Source: a virus | IMG/VR virus record: IMGVR_UViG_3300025732_000004 | Length of the DNA: 46,576 bases | Strand: one strand, 5' to 3' | Part shown: piece after piece, positions 14,577 to 23,290 of the stretch | Layout: each line of letters opens with the position of its first letter | Position numbering within the stretch: position 1 is the stretch's first letter | Position numbers and translations under genes: made by a program | Notes under the pieces: model-generated | Told to the model about the DNA's origin: nothing | Databases searched by the model: none | Seen by the model: the letters and a program-made list of their open reading frames with translations, nothing else

Positions 14577-16835
14577 TCAGACTTCGTTGATGCCTTCGCC
14601 GCGGTTGCCGACCATGGCGCGGGCGGCGTCTCGGATGTGCAGCACTGGCCGGTAGTGCGTGTCATCCTTGCGGCCGGTGATGGGGCTATGGCGGCGGCTG
14701 CTCTCCAGAACCGTGCCCACCAGCTGGTCGAGGTGGCGCCGCAGCGTCCTGTCCTTGAACTCCAGCTCAAGCACCTTGCGCCACTCGCTGGCAATCCGCC
14801 ACTCGTCGTCCTTCACCTCGCGGAACGCCTGCGTCAACTTCTCAACGGGGGCCTGCGTCATCAGGTCCGGGCGCCGGAACTGCCAAATGCCTTGGTACGC
14901 GTTGCGAGTGATCGCAAGGCTGCGTCCGGCGTAACCAGAGCGGCTCTTCTCCAGCACCAGATGCCGCGTATCGCCAATGGTGGGCCGCGGCTGGCCCTTG
15001 CGCCACTTCAGCAGCTCAGGTGGGTAGTACAGCCACATCTCCTCGCAAGCGGCTTTGATCTGTTCGGTGCCGCTGAAGCGGGTGGGCTCGTCGCGGGTGG
15101 TGTGGTGCAGCACCAGATGGGCGCACTTCGGCCATGCCATGCCGTTGTGGCGCACGAGGAGGCGGATGGGGTCGGCATACGCCGGATCGCCTACGCGTAC
15201 GTCGCTGCACGCCATTGAGCTGAGGCAGTCGTAGATCACCAGATCGGGGGCGTACTGCTCCAGTGATCGGCAGATGAACAGCAGATCGTCGAAGGTGGTG
15301 CCGCTGCAGATCCGTAGCCGATCCCCAGCAGCATCGGGGTCAACGCCCTCAAGCGCCAACTCACGCGCCAGATCCTGGTCGCTGCAGTCGCTGGTGAAGA
15401 TCAGTACCTTGCCGGGGGTCTGCGTGCTGTGCCGGGTGCCCTCGATGTCCACCGGCAAGCCGTGGATCACGCGGTTGGCCAAGAAGCAGGCGAGGGTCGT
15501 TTTGCCGCTGTGGCTGGCGCCCGCCAGCAAATGCACCCGGCGCCCGAGAAAGCCGTCGATGACGTCTGTCAGAACGTTGTCCTTACGGCTGTTCGCCTCC
15601 AGCTCGGCCAGGGTTCGCGGCTTGGCGCGTTCCACGCCCCCCAGAAAGTGCTCCAAGGTCAGGCGGCGGAACACTTCGGGTTCAATTCCGAACTCACGCC
15701 GAACTTTCCCCAACGTCAAGGCCGTTGCCGCTTTGTCGCTCTGATCCTGCAGCGTTTGGTTGATCAGCTTCTTCAGCGTCTCCACCTGCACCTTCATGTC
15801 CACCGGTGGGATGGCCCAGCTCGGGGGCTGCCATCCCGCCTCTCGGGCGAAGTGGAACACCGAGGCGATCCGTGCCTTGTGGTCGTCTGAGACGCGGCTC
15901 TTGGCCAGAGACGCCAGCGTTCTGGCGCAGTCGTTGCCTGCGTCCCACTCGTTCTTCTCGTCCCACTTTGAGTTGCACAGCAGGCGCTCTGCCCACTGCT
16001 GGCCGAACTCGTTGAGTACGCCGCACATGACCCGGCGTACCTTCTCGTATGTGCCGGAGCCTCTCTCTAGGCGGTTAGGGCAGAACGGGAGCGCAGACTC
16101 CACCAGCTCAGCGCGCTCTACAGACGTGAGTCGCTCCCATGGGGTGGCGTCGTCCTCGCCGCTGCGCAGGCGTTCCTCGCGGGTGCGCTCGTGGTGGCCA
16201 CCTTCAATCTGGGCCAGGATGCCCAGCACCAACCACTCGGGTGCCTCGGCCACAGGCACCTCGCCAGGGGCGCGGCCCGGCAACCACCGGTAGTACAGCG
16301 GCCTCTGGTGGCTGCTCTCGGGGTGGTCGCCGGCAATGACGGCATGGCGACCGTGGCCGGTGCTGTTCTGCCAAATCGCCTCCAAGACCACGTTGCCAGC
16401 GGCATTGCGCCAGCTCGCACTGTGCTTTGAAATCTGGGGCCAGACGTTCGGCGGCACCGTGAAGTACAGCTTGGCGCGCCCTTTCTTGCCGCTGATGTTG
16501 GCCACCGTCTGCGGTAGGTCTCGCGGCGAATGGCGGAAATGGCTGTGAAAGGCGCGGACGGCTTCGCTGCCGACTCCGTCGAAGTCCATCACCAGCAGGC
16601 CGCCGCTCTCCTCACCGGTGATGACGCCGACGCCCAGCAGCTTGCGGCTCTTCCAGCGCTCGGCTGGGCCGGGGTTGTCATTGATTTGGCGCACCGACTC
16701 CAACGTGCGGCCATTGCCGGGGGCGTTCCACGCATCCTCAAAACAGCGCTTGGCGTCTTCGTTGCCACCGGTCAGAGCGAAGCGCCAATGCGATGGCGCG
16801 CCCTCCAATAGCTGCATCTGATCAGGTCTGAGCAT
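14577..16835 (-). CDS. Bifunctional primase-polymerase / helicase
   Basis: The N-terminal part has prim-pol motifs (GGLLVMDFDG, STGHGRHAVIAGDH). The C-terminal part is a RecA/DnaB-like P-loop (LLAGASHSGKTTLACF, LVIYDCL). Confidence 0.85.
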   Translation of the reverse strand: MLRPDQMQLLEGAPSHWRFALTGGNEDAKRCFEDAWNAPGNGRTLESVRQINDNPGPAERWKSRKLLGVGVITGEESGGLLVMDFDGVGSEAVRAFHSHFRHSPRDLPQTVANISGKKGRAKLYFTVPPNVWPQISKHSASWRNAAGNVVLEAIWQNSTGHGRHAVIAGDHPESSHQRPLYYRWLPGRAPGEVPVAEAPEWLVLGILAQIEGGHHERTREERLRSGEDDATPWERLTSVERAELVESALPFCPNRLERGSGTYEKVRRVMCGVLNEFGQQWAERLLCNSKWDEKNEWDAGNDCARTLASLAKSRVSDDHKARIASVFHFAREAGWQPPSWAIPPVDMKVQVETLKKLINQTLQDQSDKAATALTLGKVRREFGIEPEVFRRLTLEHFLGGVERAKPRTLAELEANSRKDNVLTDVIDGFLGRRVHLLAGASHSGKTTLACFLANRVIHGLPVDIEGTRHSTQTPGKVLIFTSDCSDQDLARELALEGVDPDAAGDRLRICSGTTFDDLLFICRSLEQYAPDLVIYDCLSSMACSDVRVGDPAYADPIRLLVRHNGMAWPKCAHLVLHHTTRDEPTRFSGTEQIKAACEEMWLYYPPELLKWRKGQPRPTIGDTRHLVLEKSRSGYAGRSLAITRNAYQGIWQFRRPDLMTQAPVEKLTQAFREVKDDEWRIASEWRKVLELEFKDRTLRRHLDQLVGTVLESSRRHSPITGRKDDTHYRPVLHIRDAARAMVGNRGEGINEV

Positions 16836-16955
16836 GGTCTCCCGAATGCGACGCGGTGAGGCTAGGGGGCATTTGCCGCACCGCAGATGGGGCTGGGTGA
16901 GTCCCTTGGGATAAGTGGCTAGACAGGTAGCCTGCGCTAGGGTCTACCTAAACGC

Positions 16956-17198
16956 GTGTGGCCCATGGCCCTGACTGCTCCAGAGCGGGACGCCCTCATT
17001 GGCGACTGGCTCGCAACCCGATTCCCGCAGGTGCCCCCTGAACAGGTGCGCAAGATCACGCAGTGGGCGCTGCTCATGAATTGCGCTGAGCAGGAGGACG
17101 ATCTGCTCGTGCAGCGGTGGCGGGAGGTGCCGCTGGAGCTGCGCTCACACACCTCTAAGGAGGCAGTGGCCCGCCACTACGCGAGGGCGCTTGCGTGA
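16956..17198 (+). CDS. Hypothetical protein (80 aa)
   Basis: ORF overlapping the polymerase start by 4 nt. Confidence 0.55.
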   Translation: MWPMALTAPERDALIGDWLATRFPQVPPEQVRKITQWALLMNCAEQEDDLLVQRWREVPLELRSHTSKEAVARHYARALA

Positions 17199-19027
17199 AC
17201 GCGGCTTCGCCTCTCCCCTCAACCAACGCCCAGAAGCTGGAGCTGCTCAGCAAGCTCGGCAACGCCTTTTGCCTCGATACCGAGACGGCCATGGCGCCGC
17301 TCTGTTTCAAGCCGGGGCAGTGGCGCCTGCTCCAGCTTCACAACGACAACGTCAGCGTCTGGTTTGACATTCCGACGCTGACGCCCGATGAAATGCGGCG
17401 CCTGCGCAGCTTCCTGCAGGAGCCGGGGCACCAGATCTACGCGCAAAACGTCGCGTTTGACTATCGCGTCCTGATGGCGAATGGCATCACCCTGCGCGGG
17501 GAGCTGTTTGACACCATGATCGCCAGCTCACTGCTCCACAACGGTGAGGCCAAGGTGTCGCACGCGCTTGATGCCATTGCGCGGCGTGAGCTGGGCGTGG
17601 TGCTGGATAAGACCCTGCAGAAGCAGGACTGGATGAACGCCGAACTCAATGAGGCGGACATGCACTACGCCATGGAAGACGTCCGCGTCACATGGGAGGC
17701 GGCGCATGTGCTTCACGAGAAGGTGGCGGCGCAGAAGCTCTACGACGTCTATCGGCTGGAGTGTGCTCTGGTGCCGGCGGTGGTGCAGATGGAGCACCAC
17801 GGCATCTACCTCGACCCCAGCGCCATCGCTGACACCGTCGACTTCTACAGCGGTGAGTCGGTGGCGGCGAAGGAGTGCTTCCTGGAGACGCTGGATAGCC
17901 GCCTTGAGGATGAAGGGGCGCCGCGGTTGCCACGGGAGGAGGACGGCTCTTTCAACACCCGCGTGAAGGACTCCGGCAGCATCCGGCTGGGCACCAAGCG
18001 CTTCGCCGGCTTCAACATCAACAGCTCTCAGCAGGTGCTCGCGTGGTTTCGTTACCTCGGCATTGAGCCGGTGGATGACGCCAAGAAGCCGTCTCTGGAC
18101 AAGAAGGTGCTGGCGCGGTTTCAGTCTGATGAGCTGGTGCGCCTGTTCCTGCAGTACAAGCGCGTTGAGAAGCGGCTGGGGATGGCTCAGAAGCTGGTGG
18201 AACACTGCGATGACGACGGGCGCATCCGCGCCCGCTTCATGCCCTTGGCCACTGGCACAGGGCGGTTCAGCAGCTCGTCGCCGAACCTCCAGCAGGTGCC
18301 CCGCGACCCTGAGTTCAGGGGGGCGTTCAAGGCGCCGGAGGGGCGCGTTCTGGTGCAGGCCGACTACAGCGCCATGGAGCTGCGGGTGGCCGCGGCCCTT
18401 GCCGCTGAGCAGCGCATGATCGACGCCTTCAACGAAGGCGCTGACATTCACACCCGTAGCGCCTCCCTCATGTACGGCATCAAGCCGTCCGAGGTGGACA
18501 AGGCAAAGCGCCAAGCCGCAAAGGCGCTGAACTTTGGCGCTCTCTACGGATCGGGTGCTAAGGGCGTCCAGCAATACTGCGCCACCCTCAGCCTCTTCAT
18601 CTCGTTCAACGAGGCGTTTGATCTGCTGGCGCGGTGGCACGAGGCGTACCCCGCCTTTGGCGTCTGGCACGAGAAGTGCGACGCACGCGCTCAAGCCGGG
18701 GAGCCGGTGCGGACGGTGACGGGGCGGCGCCGCAAGCTCTTTGGCGATGACAACCGCCTCACGACGCAGGCCAACAACGTCGTGCAGGGCACCAGCGCGG
18801 ACATCATGAAGGCGGCGCTTGTTGAGATCCATTCGCAACTGCCGCTGAGCGCCTTTCTGGTGGCCACCGTCCATGACGAGGTGCTGGTGGAGTGCGATGA
18901 GGCAGACGGCGATGCCGTTCTGGCGATCGTGCTGCGGGAGATGGAGGAGGCTGCGGTGCCGGTGCTGGGCACTGGGATTCGCATCACCGCTGAAGGTGGC
19001 GTGCTCACCAGCTGGGGCGATAAGTAG
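17195..19027 (+). CDS. polA: Family A DNA polymerase with a 3'-5' exonuclease domain
   Basis: RFSSSSPNLQQVPR, ADYSAMELRVAA, KALNFGALYG, QGTSADIMK and VHDEVLVE (motifs A, B and C), plus an N-terminal exonuclease-like region. Confidence 0.95.
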   Translation: MNAASPLPSTNAQKLELLSKLGNAFCLDTETAMAPLCFKPGQWRLLQLHNDNVSVWFDIPTLTPDEMRRLRSFLQEPGHQIYAQNVAFDYRVLMANGITLRGELFDTMIASSLLHNGEAKVSHALDAIARRELGVVLDKTLQKQDWMNAELNEADMHYAMEDVRVTWEAAHVLHEKVAAQKLYDVYRLECALVPAVVQMEHHGIYLDPSAIADTVDFYSGESVAAKECFLETLDSRLEDEGAPRLPREEDGSFNTRVKDSGSIRLGTKRFAGFNINSSQQVLAWFRYLGIEPVDDAKKPSLDKKVLARFQSDELVRLFLQYKRVEKRLGMAQKLVEHCDDDGRIRARFMPLATGTGRFSSSSPNLQQVPRDPEFRGAFKAPEGRVLVQADYSAMELRVAAALAAEQRMIDAFNEGADIHTRSASLMYGIKPSEVDKAKRQAAKALNFGALYGSGAKGVQQYCATLSLFISFNEAFDLLARWHEAYPAFGVWHEKCDARAQAGEPVRTVTGRRRKLFGDDNRLTTQANNVVQGTSADIMKAALVEIHSQLPLSAFLVATVHDEVLVECDEADGDAVLAIVLREMEEAAVPVLGTGIRITAEGGVLTSWGDK

Positions 19028-19129
19028 CGCCTGTGGCTGCCTAGGCAAGCTCGGGGGTGCGCCCGGTTGGGATGACCCCTGAGACTCGGCTCCAGCGGCT
19101 GCAGGCGGCGCTGGAGATCGCCCAGCGCC

Positions 19130-19402
19130 ATGGCAACGCCTTCATGGCGGCCAACATCCAGGCCGCCATCGCCGAAGAGCAACGCCGCCTGCAGCGCGGT
19201 GGCTGACGTCGATCTGCGCGACATCCAGCTCCGGCGCCTGCGGCGGGCCATGGCAATGGCCACCGCGGGGGAGCTTCATCGGGCCGCCGATCTATTGGAG
19301 TTCGCCGCAGACGTCAGGCGCGGCAAAAGGAAGCAACGCGCCGGATGGCGCGGTAGAGCGGGGGCCGCGCCACTTCCCGCACCGGGGACGCTGCGGGCTT
19401 AA
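19130..19402 (+). CDS. Possible small ORF(s); the likely true start is GTG 19198 (67 aa), preceded by a 44-aa ORF at 19073..19207
   Basis: Reading frames only; both are Arg/Ala-rich. Confidence 0.25.
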   Translation: MATPSWRPTSRPPSPKSNAACSAVADVDLRDIQLRRLRRAMAMATAGELHRAADLLEFAADVRRGKRKQRAGWRGRAGAAPLPAPGTLRA

Positions 19403-19509
19403 GGCTTTCTCAAGGCGGGGCGGCTGAGACTCGGGAAAATATGGCGTAGCCTATGGACATAGGCAGCCGGAGCTGCTTAATTGGGTCGCCCCCTAGTGGT
19501 TGACACTAA

Positions 19510-19719
19510 ATGGACGCCGCCCTTCAAGAGCGCATCCACACCTGCTCCGAGCTGCTGCAGTCCCTCCACCAGCATCTTGACCGTGTATCCGACGCCCCCA
19601 GCCAGTCCGCCACGCAGGTGGACCTGCGCAACCTCTCAGAGACCCTCATGGCCCTGCACGGCGTTCTCGCCGGGGCGGATGCCGTCCTCACCCACGAGGT
19701 GAAGCGATGGGGGCTCTGA
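19510..19719 (+). CDS. Hypothetical protein (69 aa)
   Basis: ORF with normal composition. Confidence 0.55.
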   Translation: MDAALQERIHTCSELLQSLHQHLDRVSDAPSQSATQVDLRNLSETLMALHGVLAGADAVLTHEVKRWGL

Positions 19720-19973
19720 ACGCGCCGGACCTCGTGAACCAGCCACCCCACTACAAGGAGGGTGCGGTGGAGTGCATCACTGCGCTTGAATCTGCGCTGG
19801 GACGCGATGCCTTCATCGGTTACTGCCAGGGGAACTGCATCAAGTACCTGTGGCGCTGGAAACACAAGGGCGGAATGCAAGATCTGCATAAAGCTCGCTG
19901 GTATCTAGACCGTCTGATCGCTGCTGCTGCTGCTGCTGCCGTATCAGACACTGACGCACCGAGGTGGCCATGA
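19707..19973 (+). CDS. DUF3310 (SaV-like) protein
   Basis: PPHYKEGAVECI...GNCIKYLWRWKHKGGMQDLHKARWYLDRLI matches the family signature. Confidence 0.75.
   Translation: MGALNAPDLVNQPPHYKEGAVECITALESALGRDAFIGYCQGNCIKYLWRWKHKGGMQDLHKARWYLDRLIAAAAAAAVSDTDAPRWP
19920..19937 (+). repeat. (GCT)6 microsatellite encoding a poly-Ala run
   Basis: gctgctgctgctgctgct read directly; with the following GCC it gives seven Ala. Confidence 0.9.
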
Positions 19974-20827
19974 CTGCGCTCACAATCCAAGACGGCACCA
20001 GGCGGTGGGTTGACGAAAAAGCCATCTCGCTGTGCCCGACGTCTCTGACGTCCGACTACCGGCAGTTTCTGACGTGGGTCGATCGGGCGCCGTACACGCG
20101 GCTTGAGGAGGGACGTGACCTCATCGGCTGGGTGCTCAATCAGGAGCCGCCCAAAGCCGCTCGGCGGGTGGCGATGCTCACTAAGGCGTTCTATCGCTGG
20201 GCCGCGGCGGAAGACGTTGGGCTCGTCGCCGTCAATCCGGTGGCCTCGTTCAAGTTCCCCAAGGCGCCACAGAACGACCACGAGGTGACGATCATCCCCA
20301 AGGATCAGGAGCCTTTCGTGATGGCGGCGCTCACGCGGCGGGAGCGTCGTGGGCCCCTCTGGCATCACTGGGCCATGGTGCAACTGCAGCTGGGGCTTCG
20401 CACCGGCGAGGTGCGTGCAATCAGGGCCGATGACATCCGGGGCGAGCGCCTGCGAGTGCATCAAAACTTCACATTGACGCACGGCCTTAAAACCAGCACC
20501 AAGACCAATAAGCCGCGCTGGGTGCCGCTCAACTCCCTGGCGAGAGGAATCCTTGAAGAGCTGACACCAGATGCCGATGGTTTCCTGCTGCCGTGGAATC
20601 GCTCAACCTTCCAGAGCTTCTTCCATGACCGTATGCAGGAACTGCATAACCTCGGCCTGATCACACGCGTGTTCCGCCCTTACGACCTCCGGCACACCGC
20701 TATCACCCGCTGGCTTGAAGCCGGGGTGAGTGTTGCAACCGCCGCTAGCTGGGCTGGCAACACGCCTGAGGTCATCTGGCGGCATTACGCCGGTGCCGAT
20801 GACACCACCCCGCTCCCCGTTATCTGA
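19964..20827 (+). CDS. int: Tyrosine recombinase / integrase
   Basis: LRTGEVRAI (Arg I), YDLRHTAITRW (HxxR), and VIWRHYAG (catalytic Tyr). Confidence 0.9.
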   Translation: MAMTALTIQDGTRRWVDEKAISLCPTSLTSDYRQFLTWVDRAPYTRLEEGRDLIGWVLNQEPPKAARRVAMLTKAFYRWAAAEDVGLVAVNPVASFKFPKAPQNDHEVTIIPKDQEPFVMAALTRRERRGPLWHHWAMVQLQLGLRTGEVRAIRADDIRGERLRVHQNFTLTHGLKTSTKTNKPRWVPLNSLARGILEELTPDADGFLLPWNRSTFQSFFHDRMQELHNLGLITRVFRPYDLRHTAITRWLEAGVSVATAASWAGNTPEVIWRHYAGADDTTPLPVI

Positions 20828-20846
20828 GCCGCGCTGCGGCTTTTTT
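20827..20846 (+). terminator. Rho-independent terminator after int
   Basis: agccgc-gct-gcggct followed by tttttt. Confidence 0.6.
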
Positions 20847-20854
20847 GTTCCGCC

Positions 20855-21034
20855 ATGCCTACCTCACCGCATCCCATGCGCGAATGCGACCCAACCGAGC
20901 AACAGGCGCGTCAAGACCTGCTCGACGACCTCTACCACCGCTCCGGTCGTGACCGCAAAAGCCACCCCATGCACGCCCTCTACACCGGCCTGTGGCAGGA
21001 GTGGACCCAATCCACGCCCACACCCACGCCATGA
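20855..21034 (+). CDS. Hypothetical small protein (59 aa, MPTSPHPMRECDPTEQQARQDLL...)
   Basis: My translation. Its stop overlaps the next ATG (ATGA). Not in the track (<60 aa). Confidence 0.4.
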   Translation: MPTSPHPMRECDPTEQQARQDLLDDLYHRSGRDRKSHPMHALYTGLWQEWTQSTPTPTP

Positions 21035-21204
21035 GCTGGCCGCAACTGCATCGGGTGGTGGTGGCGCAGTTCTCTGAGCCCGACATCACGCTCTGGCTGT
21101 ACGCCTTTGACACCCAACACGCTCTGACCACCGTTCAGGAGCTGTGCCCCAACTCCCGCATCGTCTCCGTAACCCTCGCCCCTGAGTGGGATGACCTCAC
21201 CTAG
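21031..21204 (+). CDS. Hypothetical small protein (57 aa, MSWPQLHRVVVAQF...)
   Basis: In-frame tail of track ORF 20992..21204, ATGA-coupled. Confidence 0.45.
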   Translation: MSWPQLHRVVVAQFSEPDITLWLYAFDTQHALTTVQELCPNSRIVSVTLAPEWDDLT

Positions 21205-21385
21205 CTCGCACCAACGCATCGCTGACGCCTTCGACGCCTGGTGGCAGGAGTCCTATCCGATGGCACCCGCTAACGCCCAAGCCCGGGAGCGCTTCATCGC
21301 CTTTGGCATCCATCTGGAGCGCCAGCTCCTCGCCGACATGTTCCCAACGCAGCCTCCCGGCTACGGCGCCTCGGAGCCGCTGTGA
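21191..21385 (+). CDS. Hypothetical small protein (64 aa)
   Basis: ORF in the tightly packed early operon. Confidence 0.5.
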   Translation: MTSPSSHQRIADAFDAWWQESYPMAPANAQARERFIAFGIHLERQLLADMFPTQPPGYGASEPL

Positions 21386-21558
21386 GTTGGCAAGACAAGG
21401 CGCTCGCCGCGTTCTGGGCGGATGCCTGGGCTAACGAGCCGCTTGATTCACACCGCCGCATTGAAGCCGCCATCGCTGCGGCTGCCGCCTCATTACTGCC
21501 CTCTACAGACGCACCCATGGCTGAGACTTCACCGCCGGAGCTGCAGAGCAATGGCTGA
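21382..21558 (+). CDS. Hypothetical small protein (58 aa, VSWQDKALAAFWADAW...)
   Basis: GTGA coupling to the upstream stop. Its composition is better than that of the overlapping part of the track ORF. Confidence 0.4.
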   Translation: MSWQDKALAAFWADAWANEPLDSHRRIEAAIAAAAASLLPSTDAPMAETSPPELQSNG

Positions 21559-21766
21559 CATCACGACTTACAAGCTTGATGCTGCCTTTGTGGCACTGGA
21601 AAAGTTTGACCACTGCGCCAAACCCGACGCCTTCATCGAGGTATCGCTATGGCACAACGGCGAAGGCTTTGATGCACACCTGAGCAGCTACGGCGATCAG
21701 AGCTTCAAGCTCACTTGGGGAGAGTTCAAGGCACTGAAGAAGCTTGTGAAGGAGTTGGACAAATGA
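21551..21766 (+). CDS. Hypothetical small protein (71 aa, MADITTYKLDAAF...)
   Basis: In-frame tail of track ORF 21422..21766. Confidence 0.5.
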   Translation: MADITTYKLDAAFVALEKFDHCAKPDAFIEVSLWHNGEGFDAHLSSYGDQSFKLTWGEFKALKKLVKELDK

Positions 21767-22110
21767 CTGACCAACACCCGATCACCCCACCGCCTGAGCT
21801 AGTGGAGCAGTGGACAAACCAATGGCACCAAGTCCAGGTAAAGCACGTTGAGCTTGAGGATTTCGTTGCCATCCAGGCCGCCCATTGGGGCGCCGACCAG
21901 GAGCTGGAGGCGTGCTGTGAGTGGCTGCGCGAATCTCTGGCGACACCTTCATTGGTGGAGTGCTTTCTCTCCAACCGCCGCCCCAAGCCGCCGAGCTTGA
22001 AGGAGCAGGCGCTGGCTGCTTTGAGCGAAGCAGATCAAGGGTTAAATAAATCTGAATGGCAACAACGCTCCAACACAATCCGCCGCGCACTGGAGCAACT
22101 CACCGACTGA
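21763..22110 (+). CDS. Hypothetical protein, paralog A of the HPITPPPELV family (115 aa)
   Basis: MTDQHPITPPPELVEQW...AIQAAHWGADQELEACCEWL. A paralog lies at 22287..22631. Confidence 0.6.
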   Translation: MTDQHPITPPPELVEQWTNQWHQVQVKHVELEDFVAIQAAHWGADQELEACCEWLRESLATPSLVECFLSNRRPKPPSLKEQALAALSEADQGLNKSEWQQRSNTIRRALEQLTD

Positions 22111-22115
22111 CTACC

Positions 22116-22277
22116 ATGAAAAGCCTTGACGACTACACAGCACTTGGCGCCATTGTCTTAGTGCTTTTGCTAATGATTGCAACAGCTTGGTGGTGGATCC
22201 CCCAAAAGTGGCGGGCATGCGAACGGCTTTACGACAATAAACCAGCGCAGATTTTCTGCCTGCTGGCATCTAAGTGA
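22116..22277 (+). CDS. Small membrane protein (53 aa, one TM: GAIVLVLLLMIATAWWWI)
   Basis: ATG at 22116, in the frame of track ORF 22056..22277. Confidence 0.45.
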   Translation: MKSLDDYTALGAIVLVLLLMIATAWWWIPQKWRACERLYDNKPAQIFCLLASK

Positions 22278-22286
22278 AGAGAACCA

Positions 22287-22631
22287 ATGACTAACCAACA
22301 CCCGATCACCCCACCGCCGGAGCTGGTGCAGCAGTGGTACAACGAGTGCCCTGAAGCGAACGAGGCTTCCCTTCCTTACGTCGCCATCCAAGCCGCCCGC
22401 TGGGGAGCCGACCAGGAGTTGCTGGCTTGCGGAAAATACCTTGAGCGATGCGCCGCATGGGAAGAAGAAGATGTGACCGAGATGTATGACTACCGCCGAC
22501 CGAGACCGTTGAGCCTGAAGGAGCAGGCACTAGAAGCAGCGCGGCGGTTCTACGCAAAGGGTCATGAAGACTGCACTGACGAAGAGGTCAAAGATGACTT
22601 CGACACCATCCGCCGCGCCCTGGAGGCTTAA
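22287..22631 (+). CDS. Hypothetical protein, paralog B of the HPITPPPELV family (114 aa)
   Basis: MTNQHPITPPPELVQQW...AIQAARWGADQELLACGKYL. Confidence 0.6.
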   Translation: MTNQHPITPPPELVQQWYNECPEANEASLPYVAIQAARWGADQELLACGKYLERCAAWEEEDVTEMYDYRRPRPLSLKEQALEAARRFYAKGHEDCTDEEVKDDFDTIRRALEA

Positions 22632-22862
22632 ATGGCTGACCTAAGCCCCGCCGCGCAGGGTGTCCATGACGCCGCTGATGTACTCACGGCATTTGTCGAA
22701 GAATGGACTGACGGCGATCACGAAAAAGCTCAATCAGCATTAGGAGCCGCTTTGTACGCAGCGTTTCGCCAAGCACCGCACCGCTACATCAGCGGAAGGC
22801 GCTGGGTTGACTTTGGAGTCATCGCTGCTGTCTGTAGAAAAATGGAAGGCGTCTATGACTGA
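22632..22862 (+). CDS. Hypothetical protein (76 aa, MADLSPAAQGV...)
   Basis: ORF that shares its N-terminal MxDLSPAAQxV with the next gene. Confidence 0.5.
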   Translation: MADLSPAAQGVHDAADVLTAFVEEWTDGDHEKAQSALGAALYAAFRQAPHRYISGRRWVDFGVIAAVCRKMEGVYD

Positions 22863-23130
22863 CCTCTCCCCCGCCGCCCAGGCGGTGCTGACAGCGGTGA
22901 CATGTAAGCAGTACGACGTGCCGCCAGAGGGGCTGCCTGCTTTCGCTGAAGAAATGACACCGCTGATCGCCGCCGCCCTGCGTGCTGCTGCGAACGCTGT
23001 CACCCCCGAGCCTCCCGACTCAAAGCCAGGCACCTCGCCCGTGCTGAAGGCCATTCGCTGGGAGAGAAAGACAACCCGCGAACAACTCCTCGCCATCGCC
23101 GCCGAGCTGGAGGGTGCCGGTGCTGAGTGA
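22855..23130 (+). CDS. Hypothetical protein (91 aa, MTDLSPAAQAV...)
   Basis: ATG at 22855, inside track ORF 22807..23130. Confidence 0.5.
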   Translation: MTDLSPAAQAVLTAVTCKQYDVPPEGLPAFAEEMTPLIAAALRAAANAVTPEPPDSKPGTSPVLKAIRWERKTTREQLLAIAAELEGAGAE

Positions 23131-23290
23131 CATCACCCGCTGCCACGGCATCGACTGCCACCAGAAACACCAGTGCGCCAGGCACACCGCGCCGGTCCCC
23201 GACAACGTGCTGTTGTCTTGGGTTGCCACATTGAACCCTGAGCGAGCGCACCTCTGCCCTGACTTCATCGCCACCCGCTCCGCTGACTAA
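23120..23290 (+). CDS. Small Cys/His-rich protein (about 56 aa, ...SDITRCHGIDCHQKHQCARH...LCPDF)
   Basis: My translation. Its stop TAA shares one nt with the sigma ATG (TAATG). Not in the track. Confidence 0.4.
   Translation: MLSDITRCHGIDCHQKHQCARHTAPVPDNVLLSWVATLNPERAHLCPDFIATRSAD

Noticed and set aside
15674-15692. tRNA-like T-arm (cttcgg-gttcaat-tccgaa)
   Set aside because: It lies inside the primase-helicase coding frame. I could not build an acceptor stem or anticodon arm from the flanks.
17528-19048. A 506-aa ORF on the minus strand, antisense to the DNA polymerase gene
   Set aside because: It is Arg/Leu/His/Pro/Gly-rich with no motifs, and it overlaps a gene with unambiguous family A polymerase motifs. 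This is a typical high-GC antisense artefact.
19079-19434. An 11-nt direct repeat, ctgagactcgg, at 19079-19089 and 19424-19434, considered as a possible att-type core
   Set aside because: A single 11-mer pair is expected by chance many times over in 46 kb. There is no further supporting structure.
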